Of a DNA stretch of 64,000 nt, positions 10,948 to 21,232 are shown piece after piece (within the stretch, counting starts at the first letter, position 1; each line of letters opens with the position of its first letter). The notes beneath the pieces were generated by a model that saw only the letters and a list, made by a program, of their open reading frames with translations, did not search any database and was not told the origin of the DNA. The stretch is from positions 21,343-85,342 of the forward strand of contig CALSRU010000005.1 in the NCBI GenBank assembly GCA_943788835.1. Reading direction: 5' to 3'. The stretch is from an uncultured Pseudomonadales bacterium (GTDB taxonomy: Bacteria; Pseudomonadota; Gammaproteobacteria; Pseudomonadales; UBA7434). The translations under genes were made by a program, and so were the position numbers.

Positions 10948-12207
10948 CTAAAAGTTGGCCTCAGTATTCTTAGGGTCGAGTAATTTTGCATCGTTATAGT
11001 CGGCTAATCGAATATCAAAACTGCCGTCAGGGTGCAGTGCGCGTATCATATAGGGCCGTCCAGTATCTGCGCGCTTGTCAGTGCTTATATCAATATAGCG
11101 GGGAGAACATTTGCTTTTGTTTGAATCGCGCAAGACAAGAATAATAGGCTGTAAATTATTTTCGCTATCAGACGGAAGCACGATGCCAATTTCGCCGCTG
11201 TTGAGTTCGGCGATACTGCCGACTGGATAAACCCCAATGCAGCTGATAAATTTATTTAATAGCTGACCATCATGATGCGAATCTTTACTTTTTAAAAGTA
11301 ATTTGAGTGCCTCTGCAGCCGGTTTGGCGACGCTGTAGACGCGCCCGCTTGTCATAGCATCGTAGGCATCAGCTATTGCGACAATTTTAACGAGGTAAGG
11401 GATTTCGTGTTCGCTTAGCCCTCGAGGATAACCAGTGCCATCCATTTTTTCATGATGCGATAGGGCAATATCAACGGCCGCGTCGGGCAAGCCTCTTTTG
11501 CCAAGTAATAGTTTTTTACCATGCACCGTATGCATTTTCATTACGGCAAACTGCGCATCGTTAAGTTGGCCCTCTTTGTTTAGGATTTCGTCGGGTATTT
11601 TTACTTTACCTACATCATGTAGCATGGCGCATAGGCCCAAGTCTTGAAGGTCTTGTTCTTGTAATCCTTCTGCCCGCCCTAGCGTGATACTGAGTAACGC
11701 TACATTCAAGCTATGCTCGGCTGTATATTCATCTTTATTTTTTATCATGCTTAGCCACAGCATCGAGTCCGGGTTGGCAATGATGTTATCTACGCACTCT
11801 CCTACGGCATCACGCATAGCGCCAAGCTGGAATAAATTGCCAGCGCGAAAATCATTGAACATATCATTGACGACTGCTTTAGCTTTGCTGTGTATTTTTT
11901 TGGCATCATCTAGGTTGGCACTGAAGTTTTTGGACGCGCTGTGATCGATCGTTTGGTTAGGTTTGGCGCCATGGCTTAATCGATTAGCTGAGCTATCGCG
12001 TGTGATATCCACATAGACATAGTCACAAAGAGATTGCAGTTGTTGTAGCTGATGTTCAGTTCGAATGACGAACCCTTGAATTGTAAACGGCGAATCCACC
12101 CAGGGCCGATCGAGTTCTTTAACAAACATACCTAGCGTAAGGTCGCTGCTATGCATGCGGGTTTTTTCTATACCGTTTGTGGCTAAGGCCGTTATTTTAT
12201 GTAACAT
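10948..12207 (-). CDS. HD-GYP domain c-di-GMP phosphodiesterase (DUF3391-type N-terminus)
   Basis: 419 aa with LHDVGK and HHEKMDGTGYPRGL. The N-terminal LTLGMFVKELDRPW matches the DUF3391 pattern. ATG 12156 is an alternative start. Confidence 0.9.
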   Translation of the reverse strand: MLHKITALATNGIEKTRMHSSDLTLGMFVKELDRPWVDSPFTIQGFVIRTEHQLQQLQSLCDYVYVDITRDSSANRLSHGAKPNQTIDHSASKNFSANLDDAKKIHSKAKAVVNDMFNDFRAGNLFQLGAMRDAVGECVDNIIANPDSMLWLSMIKNKDEYTAEHSLNVALLSITLGRAEGLQEQDLQDLGLCAMLHDVGKVKIPDEILNKEGQLNDAQFAVMKMHTVHGKKLLLGKRGLPDAAVDIALSHHEKMDGTGYPRGLSEHEIPYLVKIVAIADAYDAMTSGRVYSVAKPAAEALKLLLKSKDSHHDGQLLNKFISCIGVYPVGSIAELNSGEIGIVLPSDSENNLQPIILVLRDSNKSKCSPRYIDISTDKRADTGRPYMIRALHPDGSFDIRLADYNDAKLLDPKNTEANF

Positions 12208-12559
12208 ACAAAAATTTTTTACACTCTCAGCTAAGTCATTTGGGATGTTGCATCGAAGCCGTATATTGCTTGGCTTGGATCGTCTTGCAATGGGTTATAT
12301 GAAAGTCCATGTTTAATCAGTCAAAGCCTGGCGTTTAAATGTGGCTTGTGCCCTAACTTAAATGGTATTCAGTGCAGTCTTGTGTTGATAGTTCATGTTT
12401 CGCTGCAATCAGGGGCGTTTTATTGCGGCGTGGAATGATGGCGACACTAACCCTATTATGCGAAATTAAGCATAGTATAAGTTGTGGCTATCCGCACACA
12501 TGAAGCACTGAGACAGCCTGTCTTATTAAGCCGTAACAGCTACGTAGGGGCGTAGGTGG

Positions 12560-12599
12560 GGCTTGGTAGCCACGCTAGTAATAGCCCCGCTACCAAGCC
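12560..12599 (-). terminator. hairpin downstream of pckA (possible terminator or REP-like element)
   Basis: A perfect 11-bp inverted repeat, GGCTTGGTAGC (12560-12570) and GCTACCAAGCC (12589-12599), with an 18-nt loop. It lies about 90 nt after the pckA stop. There is no U-run, so the role is uncertain. Confidence 0.3.
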
Positions 12600-12684
12600 A
12601 AAAGCATTCAATGGGTGCTGTGTCGCTTGGGTGAAAGTTTGTAGAAGCTTTCGGCGAATGTGGAGCCTGTAAAGTCAATACAAG

Positions 12685-14250
12685 TTAAAGTTGAGGCCCA
12701 GCTGCAATAATGCTCTGGTTCACATCGTAAGCGCTAAAGTTTTTTATGAATTGCTGGGCAAGCTTACGGGCTTGCAAGTCGTAGGCGGCATGGTCTGACC
12801 AGGTATTGCGGGGGTTGAGTAAGATGGAGTCTACACCCGGAACATTGATTGGTATGGCCAGATTTAACATGCCAAGCTGTTCGGTTTCTGCGCCTAGTAA
12901 ATCGCCTTTTTGAATGGCGGCTATGATGGCTCGTGTAACCGGTATGCTAAAGCGCCTGCCCTCACCACCAGGCCCGCCTGAACCACCGGTCCAGCCTGTA
13001 TTAACTAAGTACACCTGACTCCTAAACTCTTCTACTCGTTTCATTAATAGCTCGGCGTAGTCACCCGCTGGGCGTGGCATAAACGGAGCGCCAAAGCAGG
13101 TAGAAAAAGCGGGTTGTATTCCGTCCTCACCGCCTAGCTCGGTTGATCCGACTCTAGCGGTGTAGCCGCTTAAAAAGTGGTAGGCAGCCGCTTCTTTGCT
13201 GAGCACAGATACCGGAGGTAGTACACCTGTCACGTCGCAGGTTAAAAAAATCACTACCTTAGGTTCTCCAGCTTGGTTTTCGATAACTCGTTTTGCAACA
13301 TGCTCTAGGGGGTAGCAGCAGCGTCCGTTTTCGGAGAGCGAGGTCTCATCATAATCGGGGGTGTTGTTTTCATTGACCGCGACGTTCTCTAAAATAGCGC
13401 CTCGCTTAATGGCATCCCAAATAACCGGTTCATTTTTTTGACTCAGATTAATGGTTTTTGCATAGCAGCCACCCTCAAGATTGAAAACCGTACCTTTGCC
13501 CCAGCCATGTTCATCATCGCCAATCAGGTAGCGCTCAGGGTCTGCCGATAATGTGGTTTTCCCTGTGCCAGAGAGTCCGAAAAATAATGCTGTCTGACCT
13601 TGCTCGCCAACATTAGCCGAGCAATGCATGGGTAAAACGTCTTTTTCAGGGAGTAGGAAATTTTGCACGGAAAACATGGCTTTTTTCATTTCGCCTGCGT
13701 AGCGCATACCTGCTAATAACACTTTACGCTTAGCGAAATTAATAATGACTACGCCATCACTGTTGGTGCCATCGCGCTTGGGCACGCAAACAAAACTGGC
13801 CACATTTAATATCGACCATTCTTCTTTACTTCTTGGGTTGTAGTTGTCTTCATCAACGCGTATGAACATATTGCGGCCAAATAGGCCTTGCCATGCGGTC
13901 TCTGTTTGTACGCTGACGGGTATGTAATATTCTTTATCGGCGCCGACATGCAGTCGAGATTTGTACTGCTCGCGCAGTGCTAGATAATCGGCGACTCTTT
14001 GCCACAGTGCGTCAAATTGGTCTGCGTCGAATGGGCGATTGACCGCACCCCAGTCGATCGAGTCTTGGGTAGATGGCTCTTGGACAATAAAGCGGTCGGC
14101 GGGTGAGCGGCCTGTTCGAATGCCGGTAGTGACAAGAAGCCCGCCGTTGCTTGCCATGGTGCCTTCACCGCGTGCAATTGCATGCTCAATCAGCTCTTCT
14201 GCACTGAGGTTTTCGTGGATAGCGGGTTGCTCTGCCTTTGGCGAATTCAT
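12685..14250 (-). CDS. pckA: phosphoenolpyruvate carboxykinase (ATP)
   Basis: 521 aa with the kinase-1a motif [21 protein letters not shown], and overall PckA colinearity. Confidence 0.95.
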   Translation of the reverse strand: MNSPKAEQPAIHENLSAEELIEHAIARGEGTMASNGGLLVTTGIRTGRSPADRFIVQEPSTQDSIDWGAVNRPFDADQFDALWQRVADYLALREQYKSRLHVGADKEYYIPVSVQTETAWQGLFGRNMFIRVDEDNYNPRSKEEWSILNVASFVCVPKRDGTNSDGVVIINFAKRKVLLAGMRYAGEMKKAMFSVQNFLLPEKDVLPMHCSANVGEQGQTALFFGLSGTGKTTLSADPERYLIGDDEHGWGKGTVFNLEGGCYAKTINLSQKNEPVIWDAIKRGAILENVAVNENNTPDYDETSLSENGRCCYPLEHVAKRVIENQAGEPKVVIFLTCDVTGVLPPVSVLSKEAAAYHFLSGYTARVGSTELGGEDGIQPAFSTCFGAPFMPRPAGDYAELLMKRVEEFRSQVYLVNTGWTGGSGGPGGEGRRFSIPVTRAIIAAIQKGDLLGAETEQLGMLNLAIPINVPGVDSILLNPRNTWSDHAAYDLQARKLAQQFIKNFSAYDVNQSIIAAGPQL

Positions 14251-14400
14251 TGTTTAGGGCCTTTATTAGGTGGGTATTACTGCGTAGTTTCCTTGAGCTG
14301 CTGGGAGGTATCTTAAATTTAGCCAAGGGCGGGCAGTCTGACAGAAAACAGCGGAGAGTAGTATGCGCCGAAACGTTACTTTTTCGCGTTCAGCTGGATT

Positions 14401-15483
14401 TTAGTGGCGAGTATCACTCTGGTCAGTGTTGAGTTTGTCTATGGCATTACGGTCGAAGCGATAGCGTGCACTACAAAATTCGCAGTCCATCACAATTTCT
14501 CCATCTGCCGCTAAAATGTCTTCAATTTCTCTAGGGTCGATATGCATGAGTGCGGCTCCGGTGCGGTTAGCCGAGCAGCTGCAGGCAAATGCCACGACTT
14601 GAGGTGGAGACGTATGGTAATCATGCTGATGGTAGAGACGGTGCAGAATCTCGTTTGCGGGCAGCCCAAGAAGTTCTTCATTTTTAAGGGAGCTGGCTAA
14701 GACGGTTACTTCCTGCCAACTATCGCTGCCTACTGGCTGAATACCTTCGGCGCTTGCACTTGTTGGGATTTTTTGTATCAAAATACCGGCGGCTTGGTTC
14801 CCCTGCGCATAAAGCTTTAAAAATGTAGGGAGCTGTTCCGAACGCAAGAAATAGTTTTCTAAACAGGTATCTAAGTTGGGGTCATCAAGGCTAACAATAC
14901 CCTGATAGCGCTCGTGTCGTCCTCCTGCGTGCGCTTGATTTTGAGCAGAGTTCTCAGAGGCGTTGGCGTTGACCGATTGATTTTCAAGATGGTGCTCGCC
15001 TGCCAATGGCTCCATCGTAATGGCTAGCTGCGCTCTACCTAATAAGCTTTGTAGGTCTGCATCTGGTTCTTCTAAAGCATCCGCCTGGGCGTGTTCGGTG
15101 TTGATTCTTGCCAGTGCTCTCACTGTTTGGTGAAAGGTGTCAGGCTGCTCAGTGGTTAGTGATGTTGGTTTCGATAAGCTGGTCTCGGCCATTAGCAAGC
15201 CTAGTGGGCCGGATCCGCGCGCTTGAAGCGATAGGCGCGCAGAGGTTTTTAAGTTGGCTGCCATTAACAACGTGGCGGCCAAGCATTCACCTAACAATGT
15301 TTGCGCGACTGCCGGATAGTCTCGTCCATTTAACGCCTCTATATAGCTGTTGTTGAGTTTGACTACAGCGCCGCGTATAGCTAAGTGCTTAAAGTGAAAA
15401 CGCATCAAGTAATCGGTTTTACTAAGCTCCGCCCTCTCGTCTACATTGGAGGATTGTTTTGCAGGCGGCTTTTCATCAGTCAT
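14401..15483 (-). CDS. hslO: redox-regulated chaperone Hsp33
   Basis: 360 aa from ATG 15483, which overlaps the hslR stop by 8 nt (ATGACTGA). Contains FHFKHLAIRGAVVKL, ERYQGIVSL, LPANEILHRLYH and the C-terminal zinc centre CSCS...CEFC. Longer than E. coli Hsp33 because of low-complexity insertions. Confidence 0.9.
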   Translation of the reverse strand: MTDEKPPAKQSSNVDERAELSKTDYLMRFHFKHLAIRGAVVKLNNSYIEALNGRDYPAVAQTLLGECLAATLLMAANLKTSARLSLQARGSGPLGLLMAETSLSKPTSLTTEQPDTFHQTVRALARINTEHAQADALEEPDADLQSLLGRAQLAITMEPLAGEHHLENQSVNANASENSAQNQAHAGGRHERYQGIVSLDDPNLDTCLENYFLRSEQLPTFLKLYAQGNQAAGILIQKIPTSASAEGIQPVGSDSWQEVTVLASSLKNEELLGLPANEILHRLYHQHDYHTSPPQVVAFACSCSANRTGAALMHIDPREIEDILAADGEIVMDCEFCSARYRFDRNAIDKLNTDQSDTRH

Positions 15484-15892
15484 CTGGCGTTCCGGTTTGT
15501 TTGAAGCGATGAATCTGGCGGCGCTGTTTTTTGCTAGGCCGATTCGAAAATTCAGGTGCTGAACCGCGGATGGCCTTGCGCTCGTCGGCATGTGCCTCGC
15601 GACTAGCGATACTCGCGCTTGTTTCATTGTAAAGTTTGCTGGCTTCTGTAGCGTTGCGGCGCTGGTCTGACAGCGTCAACACTAAAACTATTTTATCGTC
15701 CCAACCGCAGCGCACCTTTATTTCGGCGCCAAGTTCTACCGCTTTACTCGTTTTCACTCGTTGACCATTATAATGAACCTTGCCGCCTTCAATAGCCTGC
15801 TTGGCCAGACTTCGCGTTTTAAAAAATCGCGCAGCCCACAGCCATTTATCGATCCTTACTGGTTTGTCGTTGGTAGGCATTGACGTGCTCAT
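15476..15892 (-). CDS. hslR: ribosome-associated heat-shock protein Hsp15 (S4 domain)
   Basis: 138 aa. VRIDKWLWAARFFKTRSLAKQAIEGGKVHYNGQRVK matches E. coli HslR. The yrfG-hslR-hslO order is as in E. coli. Confidence 0.9.
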   Translation of the reverse strand: MSTSMPTNDKPVRIDKWLWAARFFKTRSLAKQAIEGGKVHYNGQRVKTSKAVELGAEIKVRCGWDDKIVLVLTLSDQRRNATEASKLYNETSASIASREAHADERKAIRGSAPEFSNRPSKKQRRQIHRFKQTGTPDD

Positions 15893-16581
15893 TGCCTCGT
15901 GCCGTGGATCAGCTCATGCAGCGAGCCGACTTCGAGTGTGCCGGGAATTTGTAAAGAGGAGCGGATTGGTTTTTTCGAGTCAGGCTGCAATGGCAGGATG
16001 CAATGAGCAATCGAATATTGACTGGCCATTGCCAAAACAGCCGGGTTATCGTCAACGAACACCGTTGTGGCAGGGTCAAATGAAAAGGTATTAGCAAAGG
16101 CCGGCCAAAACTTTGTATGTTCCTTGGGAAGCCCGAAATCATGTGAGGCAAATGAGCCATCAACATAGCTACATATAGAAGTGGCGCGATTTTTTAGGTC
16201 GAGGGTTTTGCGATGCGCGTTAGTAACCAGAACTTTAGTCAGTGGCAGGGTGTCGAGATAGTGAAGGAGAGCTTTGGCGCCAGGTAAAAATTGTATTCGA
16301 TTCTCTATTTCAGTTTTGATAGGCATTAACTCGAAGCCCAGTTGTTCGCTCCAGTAGTCAATGCAATAAAATTCAAGCTCGCCGTTTTTGGCCATAACTT
16401 TGTCATGCAGTAGTTGCTGTGCAACCTTCAACTCAACATTATGCAGGCGAGCGTAGTGGGCAGGCAGATGCTCTTGCCAAAAATAATTATCGTAGTGCGA
16501 ATCGAGCAAAGTGCCGTCCATATCGAATAGCACCGTTTCCACTTCGTTCCAGTTGATTATATTTTTCAATGACTTACTCAT
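15889..16581 (-). CDS. HAD-family hydrolase (YrfG-like nucleotidase)
   Basis: 230 aa with the HAD motif I FDMDGTLLDS and motif IV FVDDN. It overlaps the hslR start by 4 nt (ATGA). The position matches E. coli yrfG. Confidence 0.8.
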   Translation of the reverse strand: MSKSLKNIINWNEVETVLFDMDGTLLDSHYDNYFWQEHLPAHYARLHNVELKVAQQLLHDKVMAKNGELEFYCIDYWSEQLGFELMPIKTEIENRIQFLPGAKALLHYLDTLPLTKVLVTNAHRKTLDLKNRATSICSYVDGSFASHDFGLPKEHTKFWPAFANTFSFDPATTVFVDDNPAVLAMASQYSIAHCILPLQPDSKKPIRSSLQIPGTLEVGSLHELIHGTRQ

Positions 16582-16882
16582 TAGGAGGCAGTATAAAACC
16601 TAATCATAACAGCGATGATTGCTGGGCACTTAGAGAATTATTTTTTTTGAGCACTATGAGTATTAATTAATGTCACCTAAAAATATCAAGCCAGTTAATC
16701 AGTGGCCTTAATGATGTTGCAGGGTGAAAAAGTACATGAATTGTATGAATGTTTCACCGTTCCGGCTAAAGCTAGTTTCGGTCCGAGAATGTAAGCTGGT
16801 TTCATTGGATCTTTTACGAATACAGAACATGGATCGACGAAATATTGTTGCTTGTGTGGTGGGGTGGTGGTGTTTAAAGCGC

Positions 16883-17122
16883 TTATTTGCCGTTACGAGC
16901 GAACTCGCGCAACTGTTTCTCACTAGGCCATAGGGTTCTTGTGCTGTAATAGAGCATAGCCATTTGGGCGTCTGCCTTGTCCGCAAACGGGCCAGCTGAA
17001 TTTTTTTCGCTGTGCTGAACAAACCAACCGCCTTTGCGCTTGTGGAAGCAGCGTTGCAATATGTGACGAAGTGGCTCGCGTGTGGTGTTGGATACAACGT
17101 TTGATAACAGCTCGGAACTCAT
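16883..17122 (-). CDS. small hypothetical protein (GWF...GPF motif; resembles DUF6316)
   Basis: 79 aa from ATG 17122, preceded by AGAGG 5 nt upstream. Contains KGGWFVQHSEKNSAGPFADKADAQMAM. The family recollection is from memory only. Confidence 0.45.
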   Translation of the reverse strand: MSSELLSNVVSNTTREPLRHILQRCFHKRKGGWFVQHSEKNSAGPFADKADAQMAMLYYSTRTLWPSEKQLREFARNGK

Positions 17123-17495
17123 GGAAACCTCTAATGCAATCTGGGTGTCGAGGCCATTGGTCTGTTGCATGCCCCGATAATTTAGAGTTTAGAACATTCC
17201 CGATTACTTCGTAGATTTGTTGGAGCGATTCTGTAAAGAATTGACGAAACTGAGAGCCATTTCACCAAAGCATTATTCAAGATGCTGTATAGAAGAATAG
17301 ATGGAGGGTTAGATTAAGTTTCGTCACAAACCGTTCTTATTTGAATAGCCGCTCAATAATAAATCCACGGCCGTTTAATCTAGGCTGAAGAATGGCGCTT
17401 AATGGTTTGCACTAAGGTTAAATTATCTTAGGTGGTGTTCTCTCTGTTCGTTAAGTTTTCCTGTTGCCCCTTGAAGGTCATTACACCAATAAAAT

Positions 17496-18017
17496 TTACG
17501 CGGTGAGGCGAATCGTAGTCCAGCAGGGCTCATCTTTGGTAAGGTGTTGGCTAGTGTTGCCGTCGCTGGCGAGTTGACGAATAGCGGTATGGGGATCCCT
17601 AGCCCATGTTGGCCATACAGCGGAATCGCGTAGCGCAATGAATTTGCGCATTAGCGTACGCGAGCTACTTAGCAGCTGAGTTAATTTAAGCGACAATTGG
17701 CCATATACTGGCAGCTTGCAAGCGGTTACTGGTAAGAAGTAGCGCACTTCATGTACCTCACCGTGACGATCAACGTGAGACTGACTCATTTTTGCCAGCA
17801 CGCTGTTATCACTAGCGGCGATTAAAATTTCTTTTTGCTGCTGAAATACGTGCTGTTGGGTAGTGTCGTGACGGCTATTACTCGGATGGTCAATGGCGTG
17901 CCTAAAGGCAGCGTAATCCACTTGCTTGTAATTGTCGGTTAGAGGGTGAGCGGTCATTGGGCTGCGCGTGTTTGTGTGGGTTGGGCTTATGAAGGTAGCT
18001 TGGGCGGTTGAGTACAT
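17496..18017 (-). CDS. hypothetical His-rich protein, candidate SOS-regulon member
   Basis: 173-aa ORF with ordinary codon usage and no recognisable family. Tandem LexA boxes lie 86-116 nt upstream. ORF 17423-17638 overlaps its 3' end in another frame. Confidence 0.5.
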   Translation of the reverse strand: MYSTAQATFISPTHTNTRSPMTAHPLTDNYKQVDYAAFRHAIDHPSNSRHDTTQQHVFQQQKEILIAASDNSVLAKMSQSHVDRHGEVHEVRYFLPVTACKLPVYGQLSLKLTQLLSSSRTLMRKFIALRDSAVWPTWARDPHTAIRQLASDGNTSQHLTKDEPCWTTIRLTA

Positions 18018-18102
18018 GAGCTTATCTCGCGGGTAATGTTAGGTCGTATTAATCGATGATACGCAGGCATGCATAAATAAGTTTACAGGCCGCGCTCAAT
18101 TA

Positions 18103-18133
18103 CTGTATTTAAATACAGTGTATATCCATACAG
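18103..18133. promoter_or_regulatory. tandem LexA (SOS) boxes
   Basis: CTGTATTTAAATACAG (18103-18118) is a perfect CTGT-N8-ACAG box. It abuts GTGTATATCCATACAG (18118-18133), which has one core mismatch. Confidence 0.65.
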
Positions 18134-18350
18134 TTATTTTGCAAGAAATTGAGTAAATAAAATTTTATGTAAAAAGCCAAGTCGCTTACATCGCTCTGCT
18201 GCATTAGTTCAGGGTTTATTTGTGCAGTCCTTTTCTATATTGAGGCCGCAATAGTGAGTATGCTAGCTATTGTTCTAAAACAAACGTCGAACAGATCCGC
18301 TGCATTTATTTTGACCGGTCGGTTTGGTTGTCATTTCTGGAGATACCATC

Positions 18351-19031
18351 ATGAAAAAGCTTTACCCTTTGTTATTTTGCGCCGCCATGACTGGCTGCGC
18401 CACCCAATCTACTGACACTAATGGCCAGGTCGATCGAAATAACACGGCTCTTGGCGCAGTGATGGGGGCGGTTGCTGGAGCGGTTATTGGTGGTCAGCTC
18501 GATGATGACGGTAATCGCGATCGTGGTGTGATTACCGGTGCTTTATTGGGTGCGGCTGCTGGTGCCGGCATTGGTAACCATATGGACAAGCAAGAGGAAG
18601 CTTTTCGTGGGGCTCTTGAGGCAGAGCAACGCAATTCGGATATTGAAATTCAGCGCGTGAAAGACGACCTCCTCAAGTTGACCTTCGATAATGAAGTCAC
18701 CTTCGGTTTTAATCAGGCCAGTGTGAAGCCATCGTTCACGCGCAGCCTAAATAAAGTGGCCGGTGTGCTAGAGAAATACGATTCTATTGCTCGCATCATC
18801 GGCCACACTGATTCAACCGGTTCTGAGTCATATAATCAGGCACTGTCGGAGCGCCGCGCGCGTGCAGTGGAGGAATATTTAGTAGGCCAGGGCGTGGCTG
18901 ATTACCGCTTGAGTGCCGAGGGACGTGGTGAGTATGAGCCGCGTGAGTCGAATGCAACCGAAGCCGGTAGAGCTTTGAACCGGCGAGTAGAGGTTTTTGT
19001 TAGTTCGAGCCAGTCGTCTCGTTCGCGTTAG
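18351..19031 (+). CDS. OmpA-family lipoprotein (glycine-zipper + OmpA C-terminal domain, YiaD-like)
   Basis: ATG 18351 is preceded by GGAGA. The lipobox is LFCAAMTGC. A Gly-zipper (GAVMGAVAGAVIGG) is followed by an OmpA-like domain (GHTDSTGSESYNQALSERRA, NRRVEV). Confidence 0.85.
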   Translation: MKKLYPLLFCAAMTGCATQSTDTNGQVDRNNTALGAVMGAVAGAVIGGQLDDDGNRDRGVITGALLGAAAGAGIGNHMDKQEEAFRGALEAEQRNSDIEIQRVKDDLLKLTFDNEVTFGFNQASVKPSFTRSLNKVAGVLEKYDSIARIIGHTDSTGSESYNQALSERRARAVEEYLVGQGVADYRLSAEGRGEYEPRESNATEAGRALNRRVEVFVSSSQSSRSR

Positions 19032-19278
19032 TAAAGCAGCATTTGCTCACTATTGTTGCTGGCGGCAATGGCATCCGATTTAGTCCATCGTTGTTGACTA
19101 TTAACGGATCTTAAAACTCGTGGTGGATCAAGACTATACTCTGATGCCTGCGCTGCTGTGGTATAAAGCGTTTGATCAATCGAGACCGAAGGCCAATATT
19201 CGCGTTGACTACATTGTCAAAAATGAATCGCTCGATCTTGCTTTTTGGAATCGGTGCTTGGCAATCTTGGAGAAAACT

Positions 19279-20451
19279 ATGCCCCTAAAACCAATGCTAT
19301 GTTCGGTACTTTTCTTAGTAAGTGCTTATGGTTGCGATAAGTCGAGTTCGATTGGGGACGCTGGTACTGATGGCGAAACTGCCGGTGGTAGCTCAGCAAA
19401 TACTGAGTTATTGGCGCTTAGTATCGACAATGTTCGCGCAAGCGCAGAGCAACTGACATCGGTGAATATGGTAACTGCTGAAATATTTCGTACTTTAAAA
19501 CCTTTTCTTTATTCCACGCCTCCGGCTGCCGATTTTACTATGCCTGCTGCATTGGCTAGTTTGATACCGGTAAACCTTGACGAGCAATTTGCTGAATCTA
19601 ATCAGGCTGGTTTACCTCTTGATCCTTACGACAATTTTTCGTGCAGTGTGATCGACTCGGGGCAGCCTCCATTTGACCCTTTGGTCCCTGAGGCAGGCAT
19701 TGAATTTAGAGATCTGGACAGTAATGATGCGCTGTCGGATGGCGATCAAGTGGTTTTCTCTTACGTTGTTGATGGAAGTTGTAGAACGGACTCTGTTGAT
19801 GCGAATGTACCAACGAGTTTAAGTGGCATTATAGAGTTTACTTTTACAGGGGAGTCCGATTTTAGTTCTACTCCCCGGCGGCTAGTTGGAGTTGCCACCT
19901 TTTACAACTATCAGGTTGATGCAGGCATTGCTAGTGATACCGTGCAAAGCGGTACAGTTGATTTTGATCTTGAATTTACCAATGACACAACAAATCGGGC
20001 AACATTTGAAAGCGCTAGCGTTACTCTGGCAGGCTTGGACGCTACAATATTGACAGCGCCTTTAGATATTACTTTTGATTTAATTGAGCGTGAACTCAAT
20101 CCGGCCGGCGGCGTTTTCGTCGAAGGCAATTACAATACTGTATTGGATGGCGTGACCTTTTCTAGCGCTGCTGATGCAAAGCGTTTAGAGTATCAAACTA
20201 TAGGTTATCCTGATCCCGCAAGTGCAGATCAAACGCTCTTTGGCCAGGCTAATAGCTACCCCCAAACGGGTGCGATCGCTATTGTGGGAGGCAATGAGAC
20301 CGCCGGTTTGGTTTGGGCGCAACCCGGTGGCGAGGTTGTCACGGATGTTGTGGTCGATACCAGCGGCAATGGTCTTGTTGTGCCCGGAGGTTTATTTGAG
20401 CCCACCAGTTGGAGTGAAGTGCTGGGTGGTTTTTTAATACCTAGCCCATAG
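19279..20451 (+). CDS. hypothetical acidic lipoprotein
   Basis: ATG 19279 is preceded by GGAGAAAA. The signal and lipobox read MPLKPMLCSVLFLVSAYGC. The 390-aa product is D/E/T/S-rich with no recognised domain. Confidence 0.7.
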   Translation: MPLKPMLCSVLFLVSAYGCDKSSSIGDAGTDGETAGGSSANTELLALSIDNVRASAEQLTSVNMVTAEIFRTLKPFLYSTPPAADFTMPAALASLIPVNLDEQFAESNQAGLPLDPYDNFSCSVIDSGQPPFDPLVPEAGIEFRDLDSNDALSDGDQVVFSYVVDGSCRTDSVDANVPTSLSGIIEFTFTGESDFSSTPRRLVGVATFYNYQVDAGIASDTVQSGTVDFDLEFTNDTTNRATFESASVTLAGLDATILTAPLDITFDLIERELNPAGGVFVEGNYNTVLDGVTFSSAADAKRLEYQTIGYPDPASADQTLFGQANSYPQTGAIAIVGGNETAGLVWAQPGGEVVTDVVVDTSGNGLVVPGGLFEPTSWSEVLGGFLIPSP

Positions 20452-20515
20452 AAAAAGTGTTTGGTAGTTGCGCCGGCTATATTTAGAAGCGATAACTTCG
20501 TGGGTATAAAGGTGA

Positions 20516-21232
20516 TTAAGTTGCCGATGCGCTAACAGCCGGATGTAGCTGCTCAAAAATCACTCTTCGCGCCTCGACCAACCCCTCATCGCTCGTGGCC
20601 GAGAAAAGTTGAACCGTTGTAAGCGGGTGTTTGTTGATTGATTTCTCTACCGCAAATAATGCTTTTTTGCCTGCGCTGCGTGACAGTTTGTCGGCCTTGG
20701 TAAGTAATATGTGGCAGCGCATTTCGTAGGTCTTGGCCCAGTCGAGCATCATCTGATCGAAGTCTTGCAATGGGTGGCGGCTATCAATGAGGAGTATGAG
20801 CGCCGCCAAAGAGTCGCGATGCTCCAAATACTTTTGCATTTGTTTTTGCCATTCAAGCTTTTTCGCAATACTCACCTTGGCAAACCCATAGCCCGGTAAA
20901 TCTACCAGCCTTTGACCATCGTTTAGCCCAAAGAAATTTAACAGTTGTGTTCTGCCCGGTGTTTTACTGGTGCGTGCGAGCTTTTTTTGGCTGCTGACGC
21001 GATTAATGGCGCTAGATTTGCCGGCATTAGAGCGGCCTGCAAAAGCCACTTCTAGCCCCGCGTCGGCCGGCGATTGCGAGACCTTGGCGGCACTGGTTAT
21101 GTAAGTGGCCGATTGGAAATAACCCTGTAGTTTGGCGGCGCTTGGGTTTGTGCCAAGTGCGTCTAGAGCTTTATGCATGGGCGACTGGTCTTCAGAGCCT
21201 GCAGTTTTGTCTTTTGAGTCCAGCTTATTCAT
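20516..21232 (-). CDS. engB: ribosome-biogenesis GTPase YihA/EngB
   Basis: [17 protein letters not shown] (G1), DLPGYG (G3) and LTKADK (G4), colinear with E. coli EngB. ATG 21178 is an alternative start. Confidence 0.92.
   Translation of the reverse strand: MNKLDSKDKTAGSEDQSPMHKALDALGTNPSAAKLQGYFQSATYITSAAKVSQSPADAGLEVAFAGRSNAGKSSAINRVSSQKKLARTSKTPGRTQLLNFFGLNDGQRLVDLPGYGFAKVSIAKKLEWQKQMQKYLEHRDSLAALILLIDSRHPLQDFDQMMLDWAKTYEMRCHILLTKADKLSRSAGKKALFAVEKSINKHPLTTVQLFSATSDEGLVEARRVIFEQLHPAVSASAT

Noticed and set aside
16708-17097. 129-aa minus-strand ORF overlapping the small GWF...GPF gene
   Set aside because: It is an alternative frame of the same strand. It lacks an RBS, whereas the 16883-17122 frame has AGAGG before its ATG and a protein-like sequence.
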